From Tubulanus polymorphus (lineage: Eukaryota > Animalia > Nemertea): a stretch of DNA of 64,000 bases. A model generated the notes under the pieces. The model searched no databases. It had not been told where the DNA came from and saw only the letters and a list, made by a program, of their open reading frames with translations. Position numbers and translations under genes: made by a program. Below, piece by piece: positions 52,246 through 64,000 of the stretch. The DNA lies in NCBI RefSeq assembly GCF_964204645.1, contig NW_027437454.1:1-64000 (forward strand). The letters run 5' to 3'. Each line of letters starts with the position of its first letter. The stretch's first letter is position 1.

Positions 52246-52927
52246 TGACGGTTGTCTATATTTAGTGATTTGAATCCATAAAAATGTCTGCCCAAAGAAA
52301 ACTTGAAAAGATAGTACTCCTTATTTTGGCAGCCGGAATATTCTTTACATAATCAACCTTTCATATTTCATATTCATATTCTGGTCTTCAATCTTTTCAA
52401 AATGGAATCTGGTCCATATTGTGTCGCCGGGTTTCCACAGTGGAACTGGGTCCACATTCAGCGATACACCCTATACACATATAGTCTATACACAGACAAA
52501 CATACTAACACTAAGGTACTCGTGACCTGGTTCTGATGCAGAAGCAAGTTTTAATAGATTATCTCAAACGTCGTCACACTGACTGCTGAGCGCAGACGAC
52601 ACACCGGTAACAACCTGGAATCCTAGCTATAATTCAATTCCAAACGCTCAGCTCCGAATTGCGGAACACGACGCGCGTTGAAGAAACTTAATTAGTTAGC
52701 AATTAACGACCACTACACAACGCAGCTTGTCGCGTGCGCGCAACCAACAGAAAACGTAAATTAGTTCGGGCGGGTTACGAAATTTACTTGAAAACATTTA
52801 TTTCTCGGCTTCCGCTGCTGTTCTATTTCGATTAGAATTGGGTCAGCGCTTGGAATTGTAACCCTGAGTCGTCGGTTCAAAAATGTCAAATTTCAGATTT
52901 ATTTACATTTGCACGAGAAGGACAATA

Positions 52928-53255
<328 letters not shown>

Positions 53256-53519
53256 AGGAGTCGGGGAGGAAAAAGAGGAGGTGCTAGTGTATGATTGATT
53301 GATGACGTCATAGTGTCTCGGCGGAAGTGGTTGTCGCATCTCGTATTGGTTTTAATTAAGAAGCGACTGGTGTAGTCGGAGCTAATATTTGAGTTGATCT
53401 CACAAAGCCGCTTCAAGTTTACCGGCTTTGCCAATTAGCTGTGCAAATATACTTTGAGGCAAATTAAAAACTCAACACCGGCCACACATCAACTTAGTCG
53501 TTTGACAACAGTTGTTAGT

Positions 53520-53793
53520 CTGAATTCAGTTCCACAGTTGTGCGTGTTTAATAAGACTCCAGTTCTACAGTTATGTGGGTTTAATTTGACTCTGGATCCA
53601 GTTCCACAGTTGTGTGGGTTTAATTTGACTCTGAATCCAGTTCCACAGTTGTGTGGGTTCAATTTGACTCTGAACCCAGTTCCACAGTTGTGTGTGTTTT
53701 ATTTGACTCTGGATCCAGTTCCACAGTTGTGTGGGTTTAATTTGACCCTAGATCCAGTTCCACAGTTGTGTGGTTTCAATTTGACTCTGGATC
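53520..53793 (+). repeat. 39-bp minisatellite array
   Basis: About 7 units. Confidence 0.9.
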
Positions 53794-54329
53794 AAATTTT
53801 GACGCATAAACAACTCGAAATCAACATGGATTCCGTTTATTCTATGAATACCAGTTTTTCATCTTTTTTTTTCTTAAACGGAAAGAATTCCACTGTCAAG
53901 TTATTCTATCAAAACAGCTACAGCTACCGAATCAACTCGTGTTGATCGCGTTCATCGTCTGAAAATGTCTTCACTTCGAGTACTGGATGTCGTCGAGATT
54001 AACACTGCATGGCGCCAAGGCTGGAAATTATTCGAAAGATTCAGATATATGTCTACGACATTTCATCAGCGCAGATTTAAAAAAGACCATCCACACTCTG
54101 AGACCATAATCATATCGTATACATTATCTGTATAGATGTGTAGGACGTCAGCGGTGAGTTCAACCCGTCCTTGGTTTAGTGTTACCGGTTAATTTAAGCG
54201 CGTCATTCTCGGAATTAACGAGATCTGCCGCTTATGACGAATGTATTTGATTCTTGTCCTCGAATCTATTTCCATATCTTAGTTTCAGCTAGGAGCAACG
54301 CCTAGATCGTGGTACTTGGTTTTAGATAC

Positions 54330-54703
54330 AGAATCTGAACCCATTTCCGCGGTGTTGTACGAATCTAATTTTGCTCTTGACCCAGTTTCACAATTGTTGG
54401 GGTTAAATTTGACTTAATTTGGTTAAATTCGAATCTGGGTCCAGGGTCCACAGTGGTGCGGGTTTGATTTTACCCTGGGCCCAGATCCACAGTTGTGCGG
54501 GTTCATTTCCACTCATACAGGACTCAGATCCACAGTTGTGTGGGTTCATTTCCACTCATACAGGACTCAGATCCACAGTTGTGTGGGTTCATTTCCACTC
54601 ATACAGGACTCAGATCCACAGTTGTGTGGATTTATTCCACTCATACGGGACTCAGATCCACAGTTGTGTGGGTTTATTCCACTCATACAGGACTCAGATC
54701 CAC
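54330..54703 (+). repeat. 39-bp family remnant grading into a 42-43-bp variant array
   Basis: Unit CTCAGATCCACAGTTGTGTGGGTTCATTTCCACTCATACAGGA x~5. Confidence 0.88.
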
Positions 54704-55384
54704 GGCGTTGTTAGTGTTGTTAGTACCAGTACAATTCAGTACATTTTCAGGATTAATTTGAACTCATGAGATGTCGAACAACTCAACGGAGGCAGTTCAA
54801 CCTCTTAAAGAGACTTTTTCATCCGTGAACGACATTAAAAACTTAATGCGCCGAATAAAAAAATTATCGCCTCGACTTCTGTAAGCGCTTGCGTGCTATA
54901 AACAAGAACATTTTATGTAAATTCGTCTCCGCCTGCGTCATGACCGTCATCGATTTTACTGTTGACCTCGCGCGATTTATTCAAGGTCGCGCGCGTCGAC
55001 AGGATTGGTTCGACGACGATTGGTTCGAGTGTCCTTCACTTTGCGCGTGTTAGAATCGTTGGAACGCGTCTGTTTTACCGGAAAATCACGTTTTCGTCAA
55101 AGTGCGAAAAGTGTCTACTTCGCGCCGGCGTTTATCCTCATTTCGGGCGCTTCAGACGTCGGAATGAGTTCATTTTAAACTTTTTAAATTGTTTTGTCGG
55201 TTGCGTAAAAAAGAACTCCGTCTGAGATATTGAAATCAGTTTCCGAGCCGATCGTCACGCGATCGTTATCATTTATCGTGCGAAATTAACACGATTATCG
55301 TGTCAAGAATAGCAGTCTGTTCGGTTCATAATAGACTTTACAATTTCGAGTGAATAACAGAAAATGTTTCATTTCAGCCGTTTT

Positions 55385-56488
55385 CAGAGTCAAATTAAAC
55401 TGACACAATTATTATTGTGGAACTGATTCAGAGCCAAATTAAACCCACACAACTGTGGAACTGGATACAGAGTCAAATTAAACTCACACAACTGTGGAAC
55501 TGGGTTCAGCGACAAATTAAACTCACACAACTGTGGAACTGGATTCAGAGTAATATTAAACTGACACAACTGTGGAACTGGATCCAGAGTCAAATTAAAC
55601 CCACACAACTGTGGAACTGGGTTCAGCGACAAATTAAACTCACACAACTGTGGAACTGGGTTCAGCGACAAATTAAACTCACACAACTGTGGAACTGGAT
55701 TCAGAGTAATATTAAACTGACACAACTGTGGAACTGGATCCAGAGTCAAATTAAACCCACACAACTGTGGAACTGTGTTCAGCGACAAATTAAGCTCACA
55801 CAACTGTGGAACTGGATTCAGAGTAATATTAAACTGACACAGCTGTGGAACTGGGTTCAGAATCGAATTAAACTGACACAATTGTGGAACTGGATTCAGA
55901 GTCAAATTATACTGACACGTCAACCTGTGGAACTGGATTCACAGCCAAATTTAACTGACACAGTTAATGGGGAACTAATTCACTGATTCAGAATCAAATT
56001 AACCCCACACAACTGTGGAACTGGGTTCTGGATCATATCAAACTCAAACTGTGGGTTCAGCCATAAATTAGACCCACACAACTGTTCAGAGACGGATAAA
56101 ACCTGAAGAAATTAGATTCAGAGTCATATCAAACTGATACAACTGTGTGGAACTGGATCCGGAGTCAAATTAAATCCACACAACTGTGGAACTGGATCCG
56201 GAGTCACATTAAATCCACACAACTGTGGAACTGGATTCAGAGTCACATTAAATCCACACAACTGTGGAACTGGATCCGGAGTCACATTAAATCCACACAA
56301 CTGTGGAACTGGATCCAGAGTCACATTAAATCCACACAACTGTGGAACTGGATCCGGAGTCACATTAAATCCACACAACTGTGGAACTGGATCCAGAGTC
56401 ACATTAAATCCACACAACTGTGGAACTGGATCCGGAGTCACATTAAATCCACACAACTGTGGAACTGGATCCGGATTCACATTAAATC
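55385..56488 (-). repeat. 39-bp minisatellite, largest array, two homogenised sub-blocks
   Basis: Over 25 reverse-complement units; 56150-56488 carries a distinct CCGGAGTCACATTAAATCC variant. Confidence 0.95.
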
Positions 56489-57159
56489 CTTACAATCAGT
56501 TTCTTTTTTACCCGTACTCGAAGTATACACAAATAAAAACGATTGAAAGGTCACGTGACGTCGTATCCAATTTGACATTTGCGCACAATAAATATTTTGA
56601 TGCGGTTGTCGGAGCCGGGAGCTAGCTGGGATCATACGAGGACGGTGTGTAGCCGATAGGGTATATAGCGGGAGAGAGGGAGGGAGAGAGAGAAGGTCGC
56701 GTCGCGTCACCTCTCAACCGCTATTAAACGTTATGAGTGACGTATGTGACGGTGCAGTAATCGAATGAACCACGTCCACCCTCACTATATATATATACAG
56801 TCAGTCCTGCAGCTATTGGTGTTCTGTCTCCCCGTCGCTGACCGTGTTTTTTAGAGAAAGTTCATACAAAGTGAACCACCTCGAGATCTGGTTGTGGTCG
56901 GAAATAGACGATAGACGAGAAAAGGAGATTGACGACACTGACGACAAGACTGAGCCGAAAAAATACTGTCTGACACAGAATTCACCGACTCGACAGAAGC
57001 GTGTAACTTGTTGTAACATTGGGTCAAAAACGCGTTTTTAAGACTAAAATGTCTCTAGATCGGTTATAGAACTCAAAGATTATCCCGACGCTAGCCTGGA
57101 ATCTTAGCCTTCATTGATAAAACCATCTATCTTTTCTAGATGGATCGAGTATCATAGAG

Positions 57160-57600
57160 TGATGTCATAAGGGGATTTATGGAGGCAGACATCTTTTCTA
57201 GAAGTGTCTATAGATCAAATCGCTAGTAAACAATTTGATGATGTCATAAGGGGATTTATGGAGGCAGACATCTTGTCTAGAAGTGTCTATAGATCAAATA
57301 ACTAGTAAACAATTTGATGATGTCATAAGGAAATTTATGGAGGCAGACATCTTTTCTAGAAGTGTCTATAGATCGCATCACTAGTAGACAACTTGATGAT
57401 GTCATAGGGAGACCTATAGAGGCAGACATCTTTTCTGAAGAAGTGTCGATATATAAAATCGCTAGTAGACATTTTGATGATGTCATAAGGAAGCTTTGTG
57501 AAGGCAGCCATCTTTTCAAGTGTTTAATCATCTCTCTTCCGTCTGCGTAGAATCGACCGACTCGCTAATAAACAATTTGATGACGTCATAGGGGGATTAA
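57160..57600 (+). repeat. ~79-bp repeat cluster
   Basis: 5-6 units. Confidence 0.9.
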
Positions 57601-58187
57601 CCGAGGCAATCGTTACTTCTTTACATACAAATTCATTCAGAACAATTTCCACAACTACACGCCGTCCTAATCTAGGCATTAAGGTCACTAATCCGGCGCT
57701 AGTTCGTATCTCATTAATCCCTGGTATGATCCGCGTAGTGATCGACCGCGCGGGCGAGGTCTCCCCGCGTCGGACGATGTTCCAAGTTATAATCCATATA
57801 CGGTATTTAGCGTGTATGGATTGTTGTAACCGAACAGTGCAGAGATCGATTCGGTATCGATCATTAAATGGTCATCGATTATTCAAATATGTTATATACC
57901 CTAAGAGAAAAGAGAGGGGAGTGCTCTTCCTCACCCCTCTCTCCCTCTTTCCACCTCTATCTCGACTGTCTTATGATTTTTGAAGACGCAGAAATTCACT
58001 GGTCGATTTTCTTGTATTTTTCAGATATTCTAGGATCGTTTAAATCGCCCGAAAACAAAACGGTAAGAAAGAAACGATAATCTAATAATCCGTGCATTGA
58101 AGATGGTTTTAACTGCTTAATATCTGGCTCGCGACGAAACGGTGACCCCTCGACGTAAATTGAAAACTGTTCGATGAAATTTGTCCC

Positions 58188-58320
58188 GGGCCCGGTTTCA
58201 CGAAAAAGTTTAAGCCTAAAACGGTTAAGTTTGAATTGTTGTCCTCATCAAAAACATGAAGTAACCAATGGCAATTATACCAGATATTTGATTTTGACTT
58301 TCTTGAGAGAAACTGGCACC
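58188..58320. mobile_element. Degenerate Harbinger-like MITE
   Basis: Left GGGCCCGGTTTCACGAAAAAG, right CTTTCTTGAGAGAAACTGGCACC; termini resemble the 9.8-kb element. Confidence 0.45.
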
Positions 58321-59384
58321 TGGAGTTTAAACCTAAATCTCGAAATCCTCTTTATTTACGCCCCGCATAAAATACGAACTACAAAGAAGCTTCGATCGTT
58401 ACAGAGTATGAGATTAAATGTCTTACAGACACTTCCGTCTCGCAAACGGACGTTGTGCCGTGCTCCGTATATTTTAGTTTCGCCGGAAAGATATTTTTTT
58501 TTGAAATAATAATCAGCAGATGAAATGAATGTAGATCGAATGAGTGGCGCGATCACCGGAAATGACGCAGTGGAGACACCGACCGAGCATTTCCGGTCGG
58601 GATAATTACGATTAAGCGAGTAATACGAGCTTTAATTGCGTTTACACGACCTGCATCTATATACATACTCCACTCTCCTCTCTCTCTCTCCCTCTCCCTC
58701 CCTCGCTCTCCGCTCTCCCCTCTCCCCTCTCCCCTCTCTCCTCTCCCTCCCTCGCTCTCCCCTCTCTCTCTCCCTCTCCCTCTCTCTCCTCTCCCTCTCT
58801 CTATCTTCCTCTCTCTCCTCTCCCTCTCTCTCTCTCCATTTCTCTCTCCATCCCTCTCCCTCACTCCCTCACTCTCTCTCTCTCTCCTCTCCTCTCTCTC
58901 CTCTCCCTCCCTCGCTCCCCCTCTCTCCCTCTCTCTCCCCTCTCCCCTTTCTCTCTCCCTCACTCCCTCTCCCTCTCTCTCTCTCCTTCTCTCTCCTCTC
59001 CCTCTCTCTATCTCCATTTCTCTCTCCATCCCTCTCCCTCGCTCCCTCTCTCTCTCTCTCCTTCTCTCTCCCTCTCCCTCTCCCTCTCCTGGCAGGTGTT
59101 TAATTTATTGAGGGTAGAGAAAGAGAAGGCCATCTATCATTTCATCAATTCATCGCTCGACAAGCTGCGCACAGTAGAGGTTATTATTATATTATAATAT
59201 AAACCTGCTGATCTATAAACCTACTGACAGTTATAATCCTTACACAACTCACTCGCAAGATTACCTCAGACAAGACAAATTGTAATCATTAAATTGCACT
59301 CAAGCGACTTTGGTAGAAGTTGAAAAGTACATTAAGTTTGTTTGTAGGCAGTCCTTGGTGTTTATCGGATGTTCTCGCTGTTCG

Positions 59385-59772
59385 TCGGGAGTTATCGGTG
59401 TTTGTCGTGAGTTATCGGTGTTTGTCGGGAGCTCTCGCGGTTTGCCGGGTGTTCTCGTTGTTTTTCGGAAGCTATCGCTGTTCCGTTGTTTGTCGGGAGC
59501 TCTCGGTGTTTGTCGGAAGCTATCGGTGTTTGTCGGAAGCTATCGGTGTTTGTCGGAAGCTATCGCTGTTCCGTTGTTTGTCGGGAGCTCTCGGTGTTTG
59601 TCGGAAGCTATCGGTGTTTGTTGGAAGCTATCTGTGTTTGTCGGAAGCTATCGCTGTTCCGTTGTTTGTCGGGAGCTCTCGGTGTTTGTCGGAAGCTCTC
59701 GGTGTTTGTCGGAAGCTATCGGTGTTTGTCGGAAGCTATCGGTGTTCGGGTGACCGGGGTGTTTGTCGGGTA
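59385..59772. repeat. 20-bp tandem repeat (TCGGTGTTTGTCGGAAGCTA) with higher-order units
   Basis: Direct periodicity; loosely similar reverse array at ~36740-36870. Confidence 0.9.
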
Positions 59773-60112
59773 TTTTCGAGTGTTCTCGTTATCCGCTCGG
59801 AAGTTGTGAACGTTTTCTCTATACACGGTCACCGAGGAGTTTAATCGGAGGCTGACTTGTTTTTGGACCACTATATCAGGCCGCGGTCGGCTTGACCATG
59901 TTTTCATTTGATAAGAGCCCACTTAGCAGCCGTTTATTTAACTAGAAAGTGGTCGCAAATGTGATTTGCGCCCGTGGTGATAGCCGCTAAACTGTTATAT
60001 ATATATAGCCTGAGTGGTCTGTTAATGCGGTGCTTTCTATGAGGCACATAGAGTCCTCCTTGACTGTCCCGGCAAATGCTGTTTTTGGTCGTTCAGTATT
60101 TCCCCTAATTGT

Positions 60113-61370
60113 CTTTGAAAATGGTTTACTGTCCCCTGATTGTCAGGAACAGTCTCTGAAAATGGTTTACTGTCCCCTGATTGACAGGAACAGTCTCTGA
60201 AAATGGTTTACTGTCTCCTGATTGTCAGGAACAGTCTCTGAAAATGGTTTACTGTCCCCTGATTGTCAGGAACAGTCTCTGAAAATGGTTTACTGTCCCC
60301 TGATTGTCAGGAACAGTCTCTGAAAATGGTTTACTGTCTCCTGATTGTCAGGGACAGTCTCTGAAAATGGTTTACTGTCTCCTGATTGTCAGGAACAGTC
60401 TCTGAAAATGGTTTACTGTCCCCTGATTGTCAGGAACAGTCTCTGAAAATGGTTTACTGTCCCCTGATTGTCAGGAACAGTCTCTGAAAATGGTTTACTG
60501 TCTCCTGATTGTCAGGGACAGTCTCTGAAAATGGTTTACTGTCTCCTGATTGTCAGGAACAGTCTCTGAAAATGGTTTACTGTCCCCTGATTGTCAGGAA
60601 CAGTCTCTGAAAATGGTTTACTGTCCCCTGATTGTCAGGAACAGTCTCTGAAAATGGTTTACTGTCCCCTGATTGTCAGGAACAGTCTCTGAAAATGGTT
60701 TACTGTCCCCTGATTGTTAGGAACAGTCTCTGAAAATGGTTTACTGTCTCCTGATTGTCAGGAACAGTCTCTGAAAATGGTTTACTGTCCCCTGATTGTC
60801 AGGAACAGTCTCTGAAAATGGTTTACTGTCCCCTGATTGTCAGGAACAGTCTCTGAAAATGGTTTACTGTCCCCTTATTGTCAGGAACAGTCTCTGAAAA
60901 TGGTTTACTGACCCCTGATTGTCAGGAACAGTCTCTGAAAATGGTTTACTGTCCCCTGATTGTCAGGAACAGTCTCTGAAAATGGTTTACTGTCCCCTGA
61001 TTGTCAGGAACAGTCTCTGAAAATGGTTTACTGTCCCCTGATTGTTAGGAACAGTCTCTGAAAATGGTTTACTGTCTCCTGATTGTCAGGAACAGTCTCT
61101 GAAAATGGTTTACTGTCCCCTGATTGTCAGGAACAGTCTCTGAAAATGGTTTACTGTCCCCTGATTGTCAGGAACAGTCTCTGAAAATGGTTTACTGTCC
61201 CCCGATTGTCAGGAACAGTCTCTGAAAATGGTTTACTGTCCCCTGGTTGTCGGGAACAGTCTCTAAAAATGGTTTGTTGTCCTTGAATATCCGGGACAGT
61301 CTCTGAAAATGGTATACTCTCCCCTGGTTTTCAGGAACAGTCTCTTAAATGGCGTTCTGTCCCCTGATTG
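60113..61370. repeat. 41-bp tandem repeat x~30
   Basis: CTGAAAATGGTTTACTGTCCCCTGATTGTCAGGAACAGTCT; highly homogeneous with degenerate edges. Confidence 0.98.
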
Positions 61371-62129
61371 TCGTCTCGTACAGATATACACAGAAATGAT
61401 ACCGAAAAAAGTGAGAACCGAAATGCCCGTGACGGTGCAGTTGCTCGCTTGGAACACCCATTCGCGTTATATAATCATCTTGTGGCGACGACGACGTATA
61501 TTACTACTATACGACTCTCGATACTGAGCGCTAGTAAGACCCCCTTATTAACATATAGATCGAACTGAGTGGGAACGCCAGAGCAGACTTTATAGCAGAT
61601 AAATCGAAAATTAGAATTCAATCACGATGACTTTAGATAATTGCCGTTCGACGTGTCGACATCGGCTGCCATCGCGCATGCGCATTTTAACGTTCGTCGG
61701 CAGACGACACAGTTCAAATCGAGTTTAACGGTCAATTTTATCGATTTCGACAATGGGTATAACGAGCCCGCTGCATGTTTGAATCGTTCCTTTAATTGGC
61801 TAAGCAATTTAAAACAGAGAAGTGACCTTGACCGTCGTTAACGGTTGTTTGCGCAGCCGACTCTCGTTACGCAGTGGTTTGTTAGAATAACTCAGTGAAT
61901 GGGAGAGTCCCTCAACGCTTCTGTGGCAATCGGGGATTCCATATGAGAGTGGGATAAATCAATTATAAATGTAAACTTTAGCCCATCACTGAGTAGACAG
62001 TATTCAATGTATGGCATATAATGGTGGATCTTGCGATACTTTATCGATTTTGGGAGCCTAGAATTCACGTTCAAAGTAGATCGATTTAAGGAACTATTTT
62101 CGACAACATTAGGATTATGATTAGGATGA

Positions 62130-62400
62130 GGAATTTATTTTCACACTCCGACCATTTCTATGGTATATCGGGGAGGGGGGACTTTGAAATATGATATACA
62201 CAATTATTCACAAAACAACTGGAATTTAAGACTTATAGAAAAGGGACTTTTCTTAATAAAATATAACAAAGTTTCTACAATACAGGGAATTGTTGTAGGG
62301 ATCTTTATAGCTCTAAGCTTATTTCGATGAGTTTATCAAACTGGGTTGTTTAATTTTTTTTAGAATATGGAGGGAAAGACCTATTTACAATTAATTACAT
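62130..62400 (-). mobile_element. Diverged LINE 3' fragment related to the 6441 family
   Basis: CACACTCCGACCATTTCTATGGTATAT and downstream AT-rich UTR similarity. Confidence 0.45.
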
Positions 62401-63027
62401 AAATGGTAATAAAAGCTTTTAAAAACTTGATAAACTGATTTTGGACACACGCTCATACTCAGATTACGATTACGATTACAAATATTTACAAAACAACACT
62501 GAGAAGTGATTAAAATTTAGAGAATGAAAACGTACTGGAGTGCTCGTCACGCCACCTGGCGGTATAGCTGTCGTAGCAGTTCTCGCAATCGGGTTGAGGT
62601 CGGTGCGCGCCGATTGAGTAGTATTCCATCCGTCTGCTCGACTGACACTGAAACACGGTGACCGCCGTCGAGAACTTGTTAATTAGAAAACGGCTCGAAT
62701 TCGGCGAAGTTTCACGGGTTTTCTAATCGCCTGAAAGTAACGCAACACCGGTGCTAGTTACCGCGAGCGCCGCGTCAAAAAAAAACTACCCGCATCGAAA
62801 TAATCAACCTCGCTTACCGCAGTCGACCCTGGTATTAGCAGCCGATCTCGTAGATATAATATCTATAATCGTGTTAGAATTCGTAGATTCTTTTTTTCTG
62901 TTAAAAAAAAACTGGGATTTAGATATTTTTGAAGATATTTTGAATTATCATTAACGTCGGTAAATTTGACAATAAGATTTTAGAAAAGTTGAATTATTTA
63001 TTGGCTATGGAGTAAAGGCCAAGCTTG

Positions 63028-63238
63028 TAACTGTGGAATATAGTCCACAACTGTGGAACTGAACACAGAACCGTGGAACTAGATCCTGAGCTGTTGAACT
63101 GAGTCCTGAGTTGCGGAACCTGATCCAGAACTGTGGCACTGGGTCCTGAACTGTGGAACTGGGTCCTGAACTGTGGAACTGGGTCCTGAACTGTGGAACT
63201 GGGTCCTGAACTGTGGAACTGGGTCCTGAACTGTGGAA
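63028..63238 (-). repeat. 20-bp tandem repeat (CTGTGGAACTGGGTCCTGAA on +) sharing the 39-bp family core
   Basis: About 10 units. Confidence 0.9.
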
Positions 63239-63654
63239 GTTGTACCGTGTATAAAGGCTCTATATGATGATTATTGTACCATTTTGAAAATTATTTCAAC
63301 TGAGACAAGTTTTTTTAAGTATAGAAATAACCGCTTTATTCTTCGCAGTAGTCTGTGCTACGTGCGTTCAGTTTCAAGCCGTGCACAGTCAATCAGTCTC
63401 ATCTCTCTCCCGCACCATGTTTCCTGCCGCCGCTGCCACAACCACCACCGCGGTGTCTCCCGCGTGGCAGTTTTAGCTAATTAATTATCAGATTTAATGA
63501 ACCTTCATCAGTTCAATCATGTTGGATTTGCGTTCGCAGATCATATACAAAATCTCTAATGACAAATAGCGAGTCTCTGTATATGTACATAGCATGTATG
63601 GACACATATGAATTTATGAAATACCGAAATAGCTAAAACCACGCCTTTACTCCG

Positions 63655-64000
63655 CTACCATAAATCCCCATGTGACGCAATCTAATCACCTACTAGGGAT
63701 TTGAACTAGAAAAACTTCCAAAAAGGATGTCTGCCTCCATGAATCCCCGTATGAAATCATAAAATTATCCCTATAGACACCTCATCAAAAGATGTCTGCC
63801 TCCATAAACCCCCCATGAAATCATCAAATTACTTAATACTGATTGGATCTATAGACACTTCCAAAAAAGGTGTCTGCCTCCATGAATCCCCCTATGACAT
63901 CACAAAATATCTAATGATTTTGTATAGATGCTTTTAAAACGGATATCTGCCTTCCTGGATCCCCCTATTACATCATCAACTTACCTATACTACAGATTGG
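63655..64000 (-). repeat. ~79-bp repeat cluster
   Basis: 5 units, runs to the window end. Confidence 0.85.

Noticed and set aside
55390-55986. Long ORFs of PVPQLCGFNLTL / TQLWNWIQSQIK repeats (LRR- or pentapeptide-like appearance)
   Set aside because: These are translations of the 39-bp satellite, which is divisible by 3. It occurs in both orientations and inside introns.
60113-61370. CRISPR-like palindromic direct repeats
   Set aside because: Units are contiguous with no unique spacers, there are no cas genes, and the context is eukaryotic. The same applies to the 60-bp and 69-bp arrays.

Overview
Gene-poor, repeat-dense eukaryotic DNA, most likely from an invertebrate animal. It has GT-AG introns, a eukaryotic tRNA and CTCF-like motifs, and no prokaryotic operons or CRISPR arrays. 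Almost all ORFs in the supplied track are artefacts of micro- and minisatellites. Supported genes: two tandem minus-strand paralogs encoding small secreted single-WSC-domain proteins (~38.9-42.0 kb, each with a signal-peptide exon plus 111-nt and 165-nt exons), and one intact tRNA-Lys(CTT) at 48777-48849 (-). The rest is dispersed minisatellite families (39-bp, ~79-bp, 47-bp), local tandem arrays (14, 20, 41, 44, 58, 60, 69, 77 bp), PIF/Harbinger-like MITEs, 5'-truncated LINE 3' ends and long microsatellites. The most notable observation is a 69-bp tandem repeat (30.6-31.2 kb +; 45.06-45.28 kb -; degenerate solo copy at ~5.0 kb). Every unit is a minimal type I hammerhead ribozyme of the Penelope/retrozyme kind, so this is a candidate ultra-small self-cleaving satellite. 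Also notable: a repeat family and a 4-site cluster carrying CTCF-like motifs, LINE fragments sitting beside those motifs, and MITE-to-satellite transitions. All coordinates were read by eye and repeat boundaries are approximate.
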